DNA of 52,558 bases, filler included, from Squatina squatina (Eukaryota): assembly GCA_031763465.1 (NCBI GenBank). It is 3 parts of 2 records of this genome, joined end to end, with 100 filler letters (N's around TTAATTAATTAA, not from the genome) between each part and the next. Parts side by side here need not be neighbours in the genome. Positions count along the whole stretch, not along the records: positions 26,906 to 39,299 come from JARFOE010000192.1; positions 39,400 to 52,558 come from JARFOE010000162.1; 1 more part is not named here. One strand, 5' to 3'. Under the pieces are notes generated by a model. It saw nothing but the letters and a program-made list of their open reading frames with translations. It was not told the origin of the DNA and ran no database searches. The position numbers and the translations under genes were made by a program. Below, in pieces: positions 34,501-46,789 of the stretch (positions are counted from its first letter, which is position 1; each line of letters begins with the position of its first letter).

Positions 34501-35006
34501 TCATAGGAACATAAGAACAGGAGTAGACCATTTAGCCCGCAAGTCTGTTCCCCCATGCAATGAGATCATNNNNNNNNNNNNNNNNNNNNNNNNNNNNNNN
34601 NNNNNNNNNNNNNNNNNNNNNNNNNNNNNNNNNNNNNNNNNNNNNNNNNNNNNNNNNNNNNNNNNNNNNTCAGGTATAATATTACACTGCTGAAAAAATA
34701 CAAAATTAGGCAAAAATTAAGTTTTTGTCAAGAGAGAAAAATAATAAAGAAGGGAAGAAAGAGAAAATGTTGCAATTTTTAAGTTACTGAGGAAATGAAA
34801 GTCTGGCTGCAAAAATCCCTCAGGTCTGGTTAATGGCAGTGATAGGAAATAAATATTGAAATAATTTCCCATTAGCCTGACACGTTTCAAACTAATTAAA
34901 AAAAAAATTAGTTAGGATTTTGTGAGGAAAAATATTCAAGAAATGTGGTTAAAAGTATTCTAATATCTAACGTTTCTTTATGTTCAGAAATTGGGCATTA
35001 CTCTTA

Positions 35007-36750
35007 GGGAGTTAAATTGGTTAAGATCTGAAAATGGTTGTGGGGATTGCAGTGCGTGATTAACCCACACCTGTTCATTGTGTTGCAGGCAGCACAGTAA
35101 ATTTGCGCTGCCTGCCATTATAAATGATTGCGGCATGCAGCCAGTGCCGAGTGGTCCAGGTCAATGCTAGGAATGCTGCTCCTAAAACAGATGCAATTTA
35201 ATGATCTCACACGCATTGTCATGCTGAGCGAGTTCATCTTCAAATGGCATATCCTCCTAAATTCACCACAAGCCTCACCAACTGCTCAATTCACTACACC
35301 CCCATGACCTACCTACCAACAATCTCGATCAGGGCTCATCCCTAACATTCATATGCTTCACTTCACCTTACATAATTAGCACTGTTGCAAGACCCATGGC
35401 CGTAACTCTCAGCTCGCACACAATGGCAGCTATTCAACCATGTCAACCACATCACTCAAACATATTGCAGGACGCTCACTGACACACTTCCCTCTTTCTT
35501 GTCGGCGCATAACTGCAGGAAGCAGCAAAGAAGTGGAGGAGGACGAGCACGCCTGCATGTTTTAACTACCATGGAGCAGTCAGTGCTGACCCTCATGCGA
35601 AGGAGCATCACGTGGCCACTGGCAGGGCTAAGGCATTCGATGATGAATCTTTCTGCATACCTGATTCTCCTTCTCTCATCATTCCTCAATTTCTTCTGAC
35701 TTAGAAGCTGCAGATGGTGTAAGCATGCACTTCTTATTTGCTCCTCTTCCCTCACCACAACCCAAGCCTTGTCCCTTTTTCATTTCAGATTTCCAAGAAC
35801 TGGAGCCTTCCCGGTCAGAGGAGAAAGAGAAAGAAGGCAGTGAAGATGAAGAGACATTGTCATTGATCTTACACTCTCAGCTACCAGCTCAGAGACTGGC
35901 ACGGCGCATATTTTAGAGGCTAGATTAGAGGAGAGAGCTGCACGTGGTGAGACACTGGGCACAAGTGTGCAGGAGCCAGGGCAGGGTGAAAGGATAGCGG
36001 AGGTCCAGCTCACTGTAGAGCAAGGTCGCATAGTGGATCTGCTGCAGTGCACTCAGACGAGGATTTTGATGGGCCATGCTACAGAGAGGCTGATATGTGT
36101 ACTTAACCAAAGGATTAGTGCACTGCCAAAAAGCCTGCACTCAATGTCAAGGAGCATGAAGGAGTCCATAACCAACTTGGCACAGGACTTTGCACAGACC
36201 TTGGAGCCAATCCTTTCCAACATGGAATGGCTGGCCACCTCCATCAGCACACCTGTGGAACCCACGGTGATGCAGCATTTGATGACCAATTTCACAGTTT
36301 CTATTGCAACATAAGCAGCTTCTATCAAAGATCTGAGATGCTGCAGTGGAAGCTCAGACAGCTGCCTTCATGGCTTTGGATACCACTGTTCAGGGCCTCA
36401 CAGCAGTCCATCAAACTGTTCTCCAACAGATTACTAGGATTGCTGAAGCACAGCCCTGGGAGAGTGGCTATGGCTCCATGGAGTATGAACCTGTCGTCCT
36501 CTCTCAGGATGATAGCATTTCTGCTCCCACCCCTGCCACTCCGCCAGTACCGTTGCTGTTGCCTGTCAGCCAGCTGCAGTTCAGGCCNNNNNNNNNNNNN
36601 NNNNNNNNNNNNNNNNNNNNNNNNNNNNNNNNNNNNNNNNNNNNNNNNNNNNNNNNNNNNNNNNNNNNNNNNNNNNNNNNNNNNNNNTATCTGTCCACTG
36701 CACACTAGCAGACACTGACCCATACAAACACTGTAGCATGCAAAGTCCAT
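35007..36750 (+). mobile_element. Decayed PIF/Harbinger-type transposon with remnant Myb/SANT-like gene
   Basis: TIR-like start gggagttaaattgg. The peptide AHNCRKQQRSGGGRARLHVLTTMEQSVLTLM resembles the 'TGGG' post-Myb motif. An acceptor at 35788|35789 opens an acidic stretch followed by coiled-coil-like ORFs broken by frameshifts. Confidence 0.55.
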
Positions 36751-38821
36751 GGACAAGTAATTCTGTCAGAAAGAAATCGAAAACTTTTGTCCGTGAGATT
36801 TTTTTAACTAGTACTACTAGAAACAAATCTTTTTTCTTTTGGACATTTCTACTCAGCATCTCCTCTTTCCTCCATCCCTCTCTGAAGGCAACGATTCTTG
36901 CTGGGGAACAGTTTGATAGGCAACTGAGTATTAACAGGCTAGTCAATCAAGGGAACATAACAGCTAACCCAATCATGTCCTCACCCAATGCCCCCACACA
37001 CTTACACTTTCCAGGAGTTATGAGTGGGATCACTGTCTGATTTTTCCCCTCCCTAGCATGGTGCTTTTAAGACTATTTATAGTGCTCCCACTGCTGTGCA
37101 AATATTTCATACAGAAGGACATTTAAATCAATTTAAGCTTTGAAATTCGATTGTGACCACCCAAATATTTTAAGATTTGTCCAAATTCAACGTCTGAAAA
37201 CAAAATTGATGGTGCTTTGAGTGATAAGCAGGCTAAGAAACCTCCCTTGATCTCTAAGGAATTTTCTTGGACATATCTTCTGACTGGACCACCAGAGTAC
37301 TTGGACCTTCTCCCTTTACACCCCAGGCACTGGGAAGTTGGAGACAGACATATTTCAGAAACCTTTTATTTCAGAGGTTGGGGAAAATTCTGAATCTGTA
37401 ACTGTAGATGTTTGGCACTTGAGAATGACAGGAACAAGTGGAATTCGAAGGAAAAGCTGCAAATTCCAGGAGTTAGTGTTATGGTTTTATTTAACGAAGG
37501 GCTAGAAATGCCATTTCGCTACCTGTTTGATTGTAGTTTTTGGAGAGATTTGCAGCAGCTACATCTCTTCGGAAGATATTCAAACTGATTTCACCAAAAA
37601 GCCACATCTCCCTATATAAATTTCCCAGTCACACTGTCTGGATTGCATCCAGTAACCTCTGCCCTATTTACTGCTGCACTGCAGTCACTTTCAACAAATG
37701 AACAGATAGCTGAAACAAAGATCANNNNNNNNNNNNNNNNNNNNNNNNNNNNNNNNNNNNNNNNNNNNNNNNNNNNNNNNNNNNNNNNNNNNNNNNNNNN
37801 NNNNNNNNNNNNNNNNNNNNNNNNCCAATTGCGCAAAATTTAGCACCAAAAATGGGCGTTAGATCCCTAACGCCCGTTCTACACCCATTTATCGTTAACA
37901 CTGGAGTGCCAATTGGGTGCCCCTAGCATTTAAAGTTTGAAAACTATGCCAGCTTGCTAAACTAAAAAAAAACACAGCAATATTATAGAATAAATGTGAA
38001 GCGAGGCTCTTTATTGAAAGAATCAAATTTTAAATATATATGACCCAACAATTATACAATGAGAATTGTAGACAGGTGAACATGCTGATTGTGATATGGT
38101 TGAGCTCCATCTCATTTCAAACCCAAACAACTCTTTTGGCTGATAATGATCATCTGGATGACAGAACATATGAAATATAACCACAACAAGTGTGGAATGG
38201 ATTGCAGTAATTCCAAAATTGCTTTCACAGTTTTGAACATGGCGCACATTACTTCATTTGTTCCTTGGCTCCCATATTGTTGTTTACCATGGCATACGCA
38301 GCTCATTCCCAACATTACTGCATTTGCTCCCAATAGGCCCAAGGTATTGCGAGAATTGAAAAAAATAAAGCTTCAAATTTATATTCACACTGTGGTTTTC
38401 TTACAAAAATAGGCAGATGCTCTTGCAAAAGCATTGTTCTATATAAAGTCTTCCTTTAACTTGTGTAGTGTGCCAAAGCAACTGGTGCAGGTGGAGTGTT
38501 AAATTAATTAGAAATGACCAAAGGCAGAAACAATATCAGGCAGGCGTTTTGAAAATAATATACTGGATATGTCTCTGAACAAACGTGGATCCAATTCATT
38601 CTTTCATCACGATCAATTTTCTCAACAGAATTTATTTTTGACATTTAAAATTAAGTCAGATGAATACTGAAAAATATATAACTAATTTGCCAAGAAATGT
38701 TAAGTTTGGACTAGGGTCGCTTGGCGCAGGAGTTTTACATATGGAAGTAAATGGGAATGTCAATGCTTGGATCAGGTATGTATTTAACCAGACTCTACTG
38801 TATTAGATTTTTAAACATTAT

Positions 38822-39157
38822 GGGCACCCAATTTGTGGTTTTCTTTTAGCATGAAAATGGCATTAAATGGGCGCAAAGTGCTCAATGCCGACTTATAGCG
38901 TCAAGCTTTTTGGCACGAAATTCATCTCCCGTTACCACTGGCACTAAACGGGTGCTAACCGCTTTAGGCCACAATCGCAAGTCTTACCGTTAGAGAGTCT
39001 CGATGACATCATCAGTGACCGCAACGCCCAAAATAGACTACGCCATATAATTCAACAAGGCTACAGTGCCTTAACTTTAGTGGTGTCAATGGCCAGTTTT
39101 TTGGGCGTTGGCGCACCTCAACTTTGACCGTTATAGAAAGCTCCGGAACTGGGCTCC
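38822..39157. mobile_element. CpG-rich non-autonomous DNA transposon
   Basis: Begins GGGCACCCAATT, the exact reverse complement of AATTGGGTGCCC ending the similar element at 37825-37922. Confidence 0.55.
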
Positions 39158-39299
39158 ATTGTAACTTTGTCTCCTGGCTCCATTTCAATCAAATCACGTG
39201 ACATTTCACTTTAAAGCCTCAATCTGAATCACTGCTGACTTCTCGTTGGTTTCATCTGAGCTTTCACTATCTTAAAGATTTCTGCCCCAGACGCCATGG

Positions 39300-39399
39300 N
39301 NNNNNNNNNNNNNNNNNNNNNNNNNNNNNNNNNNNNNNNNNNNTTAATTAATTAANNNNNNNNNNNNNNNNNNNNNNNNNNNNNNNNNNNNNNNNNNNN
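39300..39399. other. Artificial scaffold linker 44N-TTAATTAATTAA-44N
   Basis: Same construct as at 26806; the 12-mer is at 39344-39355. Confidence 0.95.
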
Positions 39400-39529
39400 G
39401 GGATCAGGGGGTACGGTGAGAAAGCAGGTACGGGGTACTGATCAGCCATGATCATATTGAATGGCGGTGCAGGCTCCAAGGGCCGAATGGCCTACTCCTG
39501 CACCTATTTTTCTATGTTTCTATGTTTCT
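39400..39529 (+). mobile_element. CR1 LINE 3' terminus
   Basis: atcagccatgatcatattgaatggcggtgcaggc...gggccgaatggcctactcctgcacctatttt(tctatgtt)n. Confidence 0.8.
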
Positions 39530-40656
39530 AAAATTGAAAGGAAAAATAGTTTTAACACCAGTTGTAGAGGTAATTAAAAAGTTGCCCATTATCTAATCAT
39601 ATTACAGTGTCTGGGCCAGGTTGCTCCAATATTCATGAACACTACCATCTTACTTTAAAATTATATCTAAACTTATGCACAATGGGCTAAATTTGTCTTT
39701 TTTTTAAAATAAATCCTAATTGGTTTAATTTGTGTCAGTTAAGATTCAATACTTAGCTCTTTCAATAGGTACCAAAGTCTTGTGCAGAGGGAAAAGCTCA
39801 GTTTCGGGACCTTTCTAGGTTAGCTGTAACATTCACTGCAGGGGAATGACATTATCAAACCTTGGTACCTCCATGGCTTATGATTTGAACAATGACAGTA
39901 TGAAAGCCCCTGCCAGCATTTATTGCAGATTATTCCTGTCTCAGCAGCATTAAATTGTGTATGGGATAATGCTGCTGACTCTATAAAATGGATTTCTGCT
40001 ACTGTTAAACAGAATTAACAATGGTATTTCATAAACTGGCAGCAAAAGTACATGTTGCTGAGCTTGCATTAACGCTACACAGAATACCTAATGAGGATTT
40101 CATTTGAAACTGTAGCATAAACACTATTATACTGTCAGAGACACATAAATCTTCTGTTGATTGGTCAAACAGTTTAACTCAGGGAGATCTGGCAGGAGTG
40201 TTACAGTGAAGAACCTATTACTGGCAAAGCCAAACCAGTGGCAGGGATTAGCCAGGCCAGCTTACCAGTAGAAAGAGCATTTCAGTAAGTAGGGAAGAAG
40301 ACAAGGCAGAGAAGTCACCTATCAGTCTATTTAATCTCTTTTTCCTCCAAGATTTTCTCCCTCCCTCTTGAAGGTGCTAACTTTCACCGGTGTATGGTTC
40401 CACAGGCACTGGCAGCACCTCAGTGGCCCACCTTCAGGTGTGAACTTAGAACGTCAGTGAAATTATTCAATCACGGTCCCGTTCTTCCCTGACACTCGGG
40501 CATTTTTCTCAGCTGGGAGTTGCTGGCCAGCAGTTAACAGTATGGGCCCTGGCTGTTTATTTATACATTTCGCTCGCCTCAGAGTCACTGCAGCCCATCT
40601 GAAACCAGCTAACATGAGCAGTGTCTTTCCCCTTAAAAATATATTGCCAGTATTTG

Positions 40657-40950
40657 TGGGGGGGACCAGAACTAGGGTGTCAAAAATGTAAGGTAGTCAT
40701 TGATAAATCAAATAAAGAATTCTGAAGAAACTTCTTTACCCAGGGAGTGGTTAGAATGCGGAGCTCGCTCCCACAGGGAGTGGTTGAGGCGAGTAGCATA
40801 GATGCATTGAAGGGGAAGCTAGATAAGGACATGAGGGAGAAAGGAATAGAAGGATATATTGATAGGGAGAGATTCAAGTGGGGCTCATGTGCAGCGTAAG
40901 CACCGGCATAACCCATTTGGGCTGAATGGCCTGTTTCTGTGCTGTAAAAT
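40657..40950 (+). mobile_element. CR1 LINE 3' end
   Basis: agaaacttctttacccagggagtggttagaatg (NFFTQGVVRM) followed by a 3'UTR; homologous to 715-1063. Confidence 0.8.
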
Positions 40951-41635
40951 TCGATGCTATTCTGTGCAGTTTTTCTGTTAACGCACTAAATACCATTTCC
41001 AAAATGCCTTGCAGATGCAAACAAGGCTTTTTTCAGCAGCCTGGTAATAATGCGAACTTTTACCAGGTGAAGCACAGCAGAGATCTGCAGTGAAAACAGA
41101 AATCCCAAACCTTTCCATCCATCCAGTTTCTGAACAGAAATGCTCTCTGTTCCATTTATTTCTTGTGATTATATTAATCAGTAAAGTGTCGAATGTTGAA
41201 AAGTGGTAATAGAAAAATAGAATTTCCATTTTTCTGAATGTACCCACAGCATGATGTGCTCGGAGTGTTGATTCTTCTGTCTCGTGTTCAGTGCAGTGAA
41301 TAAACTCAACAGTAAAATTGTAATAGAGCTGTAATAGAGACTCTGGGGATGAAATTGCCCTGCGCCCTAATTGGGGGTGGTACCTGCTCGGAGCGGTACT
41401 TCCTGTGCCCGGCGAGGAAGTACCGCCCCGGCTGCTGAATTGGCCTTACCGCCCCTCTGAGGAAGTGGGACTCAATCACACACGCGTCACTTACTGTTGG
41501 GACAGGTCCAGCGGTGCTCACCGGGCGCGAGCGGCNNNNNNNNNNNNNNNNNNNNNNNNNNNNNNNNNNNNNNNNNNNNNNNNNNNNNNNNNNNNNNNNN
41601 NNNNNNNNNNNNNNNNNNNNNNNNNNNNNNNNNNN

Positions 41636-42040
41636 CCTGTTCACGCAAGACCAATGTACATTGGCTCCTGGTCCACCAACACCTATATTTTAAGATTTTT
41701 ATTCTCATATTCAAATCCCTCCATAGCCTCACCCCTCTATTTCTATTACCTCCTCCAACCCTACAATGCTCCGAGATCTCTGTACTCCTCCAACTCTGGC
41801 CTGTTGTGCAGCCCCCATTTCCCTCGTCCCATCATTGGTAGCCAGGCCTTTAGCAGGCTAGGCCCTAACCTCAAAAATCCATTCCCTAAAACTCTCTGCC
41901 TCACTCTACACCTTTAAGAACCTCTTTGAAGCCTACCTCTTTCCTGTCCTAATATCTCCTTCTTTGGCTCTTTGCCAAGTTATTTTTGATAACGCTTTAC
42001 TACATTAAAAGGTGCTGTATAAATGCAAGTTGTTGTTGTT
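41636..42040 (+). mobile_element. L2 LINE 3' end
   Basis: tacattggctcctggtcc...tttaagatt...ctcctccaaccctaca, with tail ggtgctgtataaatgcaagttgttgttgtt. Confidence 0.75.
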
Positions 42041-43050
42041 GAAAGCTTACATCGTTGCTGCTCTAGATTCTGCACTCAGGCTGCCTGCTGATCGACTGTT
42101 GCTTCTTTCTGTGCCTGATGAAAAATACATCCCTACTTGAAGCCACCGCTGCTGCAGGCTCCTGACCAGAAACCGCACCCTACTATTTCCCAACACCCAA
42201 ATTGGCGAACTACCTATTGGATGCTCGTTTCCTGTCGGCAGCTTGCTGGCCACAGGACTACAAAGAATAACCACAAAAAAAAGACGTCCTGTTCCCATGC
42301 CAACTCCTCCCTGGCGGGCAGCACCCGTGCAGTACCCATCAGCCACCCGTTTACTCGGTGCAGGTGTAAAGCACCCCAGTTAGGTTGAAAGCATCGGAAG
42401 TCGTCACTGTCCCACCTTGTAGGTCTCCGCGCCCAACAAAACAACCCAGAGTTTGCTTCCCGCATCTTTGAGCACATTATTGGCCCCCCCAGTGTCTGGC
42501 GACATTTCAATCGAAGTTCAGGTTTGATAGAGTTTGTGAAGTAGATGCGGAATTCAATAAAAGTTATTTGTTTTCATTCAATATTCAACAACAAAGAATC
42601 CAAAAACAAGTTCAAAATAAGAATATTACTCAGTATTGAAATCTTTGTGACAATTCAATTTTGGAAAGTGTTAGTGAAACTGTTGTTAAATAAAACACAC
42701 AACAGGAAAGCAAGTCATCTTTATTCCCCATAATCACTTCTGCTAAAACCAAATGTAGCTCTTAAGTGCTTGGATTCTCTTGCAGGTTGAGGGAACCCTT
42801 ACTGTCTTTAAACCTGGAATACAACAAGGCCAGCTGACAGGGAGATATTGCTTTACTGAAAAATGACTTTTTTTAAAAACTGATATATCTTTTTGCATAT
42901 ATTATAGCTGGATCGCACAGCGAGCCATTCATTCCTCACTTGTCTTCTTTCTGAATCTTTGAAAGCATTCATGTATTCTGTGAGATGACTTTTGCAATCA
43001 TGACCTAATTTAATTCAAACTTTGAAGCAGAATTGCTAAATCAAGTATTA

Positions 43051-43473
43051 GCTTGGCTCAGTGTTAACATTATTGCCTCTGCGTCAGAAGGTTGTGGATA
43101 CTGACACCTTTAAGTGCATAACTGAGGGCTGCACTGTTGGAGGTGCCATCTTTCAGATGCTAAATAGAGGGTCTCCACCAATTCAGGTGGTTTCAAAAGA
43201 TCCCATGGCACTATTTGATGAAGAACAGGTGGTTCTCATTGTGTTCAGGTTAATATTTATCCACCAGTCAACATTTATTCCCCTGCCTCCCCAACCAAAA
43301 TTAGCAAAACAGATTAACTGGTCATTCTTCTCATTTGCTGTTAGTGAGATCTTGCTGTACACAAATTGGCGCTGTTACAATTGCCCACATAACAGTATCT
43401 GTACTTCGAAAGTAATCCATTCGCTTTGGACTCCTTGAGGATGTAAACAGCATTGTAATAACTGCAAGTTTCT
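43051..43473 (+). mobile_element. Deu-domain tRNA-SINE
   Basis: A-box-like tggctcagtgtt, core ctgcactgttggaggtgccatctttcagatg...aaagatcccatggcactattt, and tail. Confidence 0.75.
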
Positions 43474-44606
43474 TTATAATATTGGCCTGGACTTTGCAAT
43501 CAGTGGTGAAGAAACAGCGCTTGCTATACACCACGCTGACAGCTGCTCACAAATTATTGGCCAGCTATTGAGCAGCAACTTGTGCTATTTAGATCATTTC
43601 CAGCACCTTCTCCAAGGGATCTGGGCCATCTGTGAGCAGATCAAGAAACAACGTGTCTCTTCAACCAATCAGTATGAAGAATCCTCACAGAGAGTCTAAT
43701 CCAGGAAGTATAAAGCAGGAAGTAAAAATTTGGTTTAATTCAATGTAAAATCATGTACAGAAAGCGAAATAAAGATTTGTGAGGTAATACAGGATTCAGG
43801 GGGAAGAGATAAAAGAGAAAGACAGAAAAAGTAAAACAAAAATTATTNNNNNNNNNNNNNNNNNNNNNNNNNNNNNNNNNNNNNNNNNNNNNNNNNNNNN
43901 NNNNNNNNNNNNNNNNNNNNNNNNNNNNNNNNNNNNNNNNNNNNNNNATATGCTTGAAATGTACGGTTCCCCCCTTTAAATAAACAGTTTCCAAAAAACA
44001 AGCTGAAAAAAGAAAAATACTTGAATTTAAGATTTCCTTCCCCAAGGACACTGTGCGTTGCTTGCATTGCTCTTGGGTTAATGGGGTCCTGACAGGTGGT
44101 GATTGCAACATTTGTATTCAAAGCATGGAAGTGTTACTGTAACAACCTTTACTCAGGCAATTTGCAAAAGAGAGAAAAAAATATATGCGCAAACCTTATG
44201 AATGTTTTCCCTCGTAAAACCATCGGCAGTCTCCTCATTTCCCTCCTGGACCTAATGAGGTGATAACAAGCTTATAATCATTTCACCCCTGCTGGAGATT
44301 AATGGGATGCTTAACATTCTCCCCACCACACTCCTCCGACACTTGGCAAGCGTATCTCAAATGCAGGTAGCTCACTTCAGGTTTTCATCACTTTTATTTG
44401 GATTGTGTTGCATTTCCCCGTGTTTTGTGTTTTTTTTGGGGTGGGGGAAGAAGAGCTTTGTATTATAATCAGCAGAAGTGGCCGCAAATTAGNNNNNNNN
44501 NNNNNNNNNNNNNNNNNNNNNNNNNNNNNNNNNNNNNNNNNNNNNNNNNNNNNNNNNNNNNNNNNNNNNNNNNNNNNNNNNNNNNNNNNNNNTATTGTGT
44601 GACAGG

Positions 44607-44715
44607 AAAAAAAAGAAAGACTTGCATTTTATAGTGCCTTTCATGACCTCAGGACGTCCCAAAATGCTTCACAGTCAATTAGGTATTCTTGAAGTGCAGT
44701 CACTGTTGTAATGTA
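44607..44715 (-). mobile_element. Deu-SINE 3' tail fragment
   Basis: aaagaaagacttgcattttatagtgcctttcatgacctcaggacgtcccaaa. Confidence 0.7.
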
Positions 44716-44974
44716 TGTGTGGATTGACAATATTATCAATAGACTGTGGTTTAGTTCTACCCTCTCACGGTGTCTTCTGTTCTTTACTCAGGTACCTGGT
44801 TAAGTCTGTGGACAAGTAGCTTCAGAAGTGAAAACCACCACTCGGAAATTCAGAGTCTGATTTTCAATTAACGCCAAGGATTAATGAGACTTTTAAGGGC
44901 CTGTGTTTTGATGGGCATAGTGTCCAGGTATCGACTCCCCTAAACTCATATATGTCGAAACGTGACCAGGTAAA

Positions 44975-45196
44975 ATGGTCAGTCGTGCCTCTCTGTGGCT
45001 CACATCAGTGGCTTTGTGCGTGCTGAGTCACTGCGGGACAAATTCTACCCAGGAGAGTTTGCAACGTCAGAAATGGAATATGGACCAATCAAAAGCAAGC
45101 TTAGTGGCCCACCGCCGTGTAAAACGTGGCTGGGTCTGGAACCAGTTCTTCATCGTGGAGGAGTACACTGGGACAGAGCCACTCTACGTTGGAAAG
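44975..45196 (+). CDS. CDH22: Type II classical cadherin first coding exon (signal peptide, short prodomain, start of EC1); best match cadherin-22
   Basis: Encodes [20 protein letters not shown]...RRVKR|[23 protein letters not shown], then donor AAG|gtgagc. It has a furin site RVKR and the type II W2/W4 signature. [13 protein letters not shown] is the recalled CDH22 form (CDH20 has SWVW...GTDP). A probable acceptor tcttctgttctttactcag| puts the exon start at 44792, within 5'UTR. Confidence 0.85.
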
Positions 45197-46789
45197 GTGA
45201 GCTTAACTTATGAACGGAGAATTTTTTCTTTGGGGGAGGAGCCACTTTACATGAAGCAGCTTGAAATTCTGATTAAAGACAGGCCTGCTGAATTCTCTGC
45301 AATCTCGCAGCTTCATGTAAAATTGTACAACTGCAGGTGTCAAAATAATCTCAAGACACACTGTGCTGCTAACCGAACAGTCTTAGTTTTGTAATAATTG
45401 CTGAAGGACACCATTTCCTGCAGTTGTATTCTGTCATTGCAAGGTGTCCCTCAGGCTTTTTTTATAATCATTTCTCACTTCTCTCCTCTTCGGAAGGTGC
45501 TGAGATAAGCTTGGGGTCAATTTGAACCTAATCCATCCAGGTGGAAACTGACAGGATCGGGTGCGATGCTGGTTTTACATCCCATACAATTATAACATCC
45601 ATTGAAGTCGGTGGAGAGTAATATTGGGCGGGGTGCAAAACTGACGTTCCCCTTGATCGTGTGGGTTGCCCACCGAGTGAGTTGGGCGAACATATCCCCC
45701 TCCTCCAGGTTACACAAGTGCCGTCAGGCCCCTCACTGCTCACCTACTCTNNNNNNNNNNNNNNNNNNNNNNNNNNNNNNNNNNNNNNNNNNNNNNNNNN
45801 NNNNNNNNNNNNNNNNNNNNNNNNNNNNNNNNNNNNNNNNNNNNNNNNNNCTTCAGCTGGGCCTGGCCCAATGTGTCACAGTGTCATACCAACAAATGGC
45901 GCGCTCACCCACTCATATGGTAACTGTAATTTCCAGGCTTCCAAGCTGTCTGAGAAAAAAAGGACAACTGTACAAGCACAATAGTTTTACTTTCTGATTT
46001 GTCCAACGACAACAGCGTACCCGACAAACTCACCAGGAGCACCGCCACAGGAGATCCACAAGTCAATCTGAAAAGAGCTTTTTCGGGGTATGTAAAGGCT
46101 GGCCGCTTGAAAGAAAACGACTGAAAAAAGTGATAGAGGAGAAAGCGAGGGGAAAAAAACTGGCTGTGCGGAGATAATTAATAGCACTAATAATTCATGA
46201 AATACAAACTGTTACAATAAAATTAATGGCTCTTGCTCTGCTGGTAATTTAAAAGTGATAGATACATATCAAATGTGGCTGCACTGCCAAGAAGCTATTT
46301 ACATGGGAGTCCANNNNNNNNNNCGACTTGAACAGAAATCTTTCTTGGGTTCTGTTTTACTTTACAATTATACGCATCATGGTAAATGAATCTGATGCCC
46401 TCCGGTTCCCATGTCATGATCGTTAAAAATCAAAACACTGAAATGATAGCATTAAGCAAATTTGTAGCAATAAAATTACACATGTATAGAAGCAAAGTCA
46501 AAGTTCCTGGAGAACATTTCAGGGAAGAGGGGATATTACAACGATCAGGCATTGGAAGTGGACTTTTCCTTTATAATTAAACAATCATGAGAATTTTTAT
46601 TAAAATAGCTAATGCTATTTCAGCCTCCATTGTTTCAGCACCAATCCCATGAGCCGCCATGGGCCCACTCCCACCCCGGCTCCCCACCNNNNNNNNNNNN
46701 NNNNNNNNNNNNNNNNNNNNNNNNNNNNNNNNNNNNNNNNNNNNNNNNNNNNNNNNNNNNNNNNNNNNNNNNNNNNNNNNNNNNNNNNT

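Noticed and set aside
26850-39355. TTAATTAATTAA as a biological motif such as a piggyBac site or homeodomain site
   Set aside because: It is exactly centred in 100-nt N spacers twice, so it is an assembly linker.
21683-45196. Cadherin nested in or fused to CDKAL1
   Set aside because: They are separated by two artificial linkers.
45197-45394. C-terminal extension of the 139-aa cadherin ORF as a secreted mini-cadherin
   Set aside because: It is intron read-through past a canonical AAG|gtgagc donor at the usual type II cadherin exon boundary.
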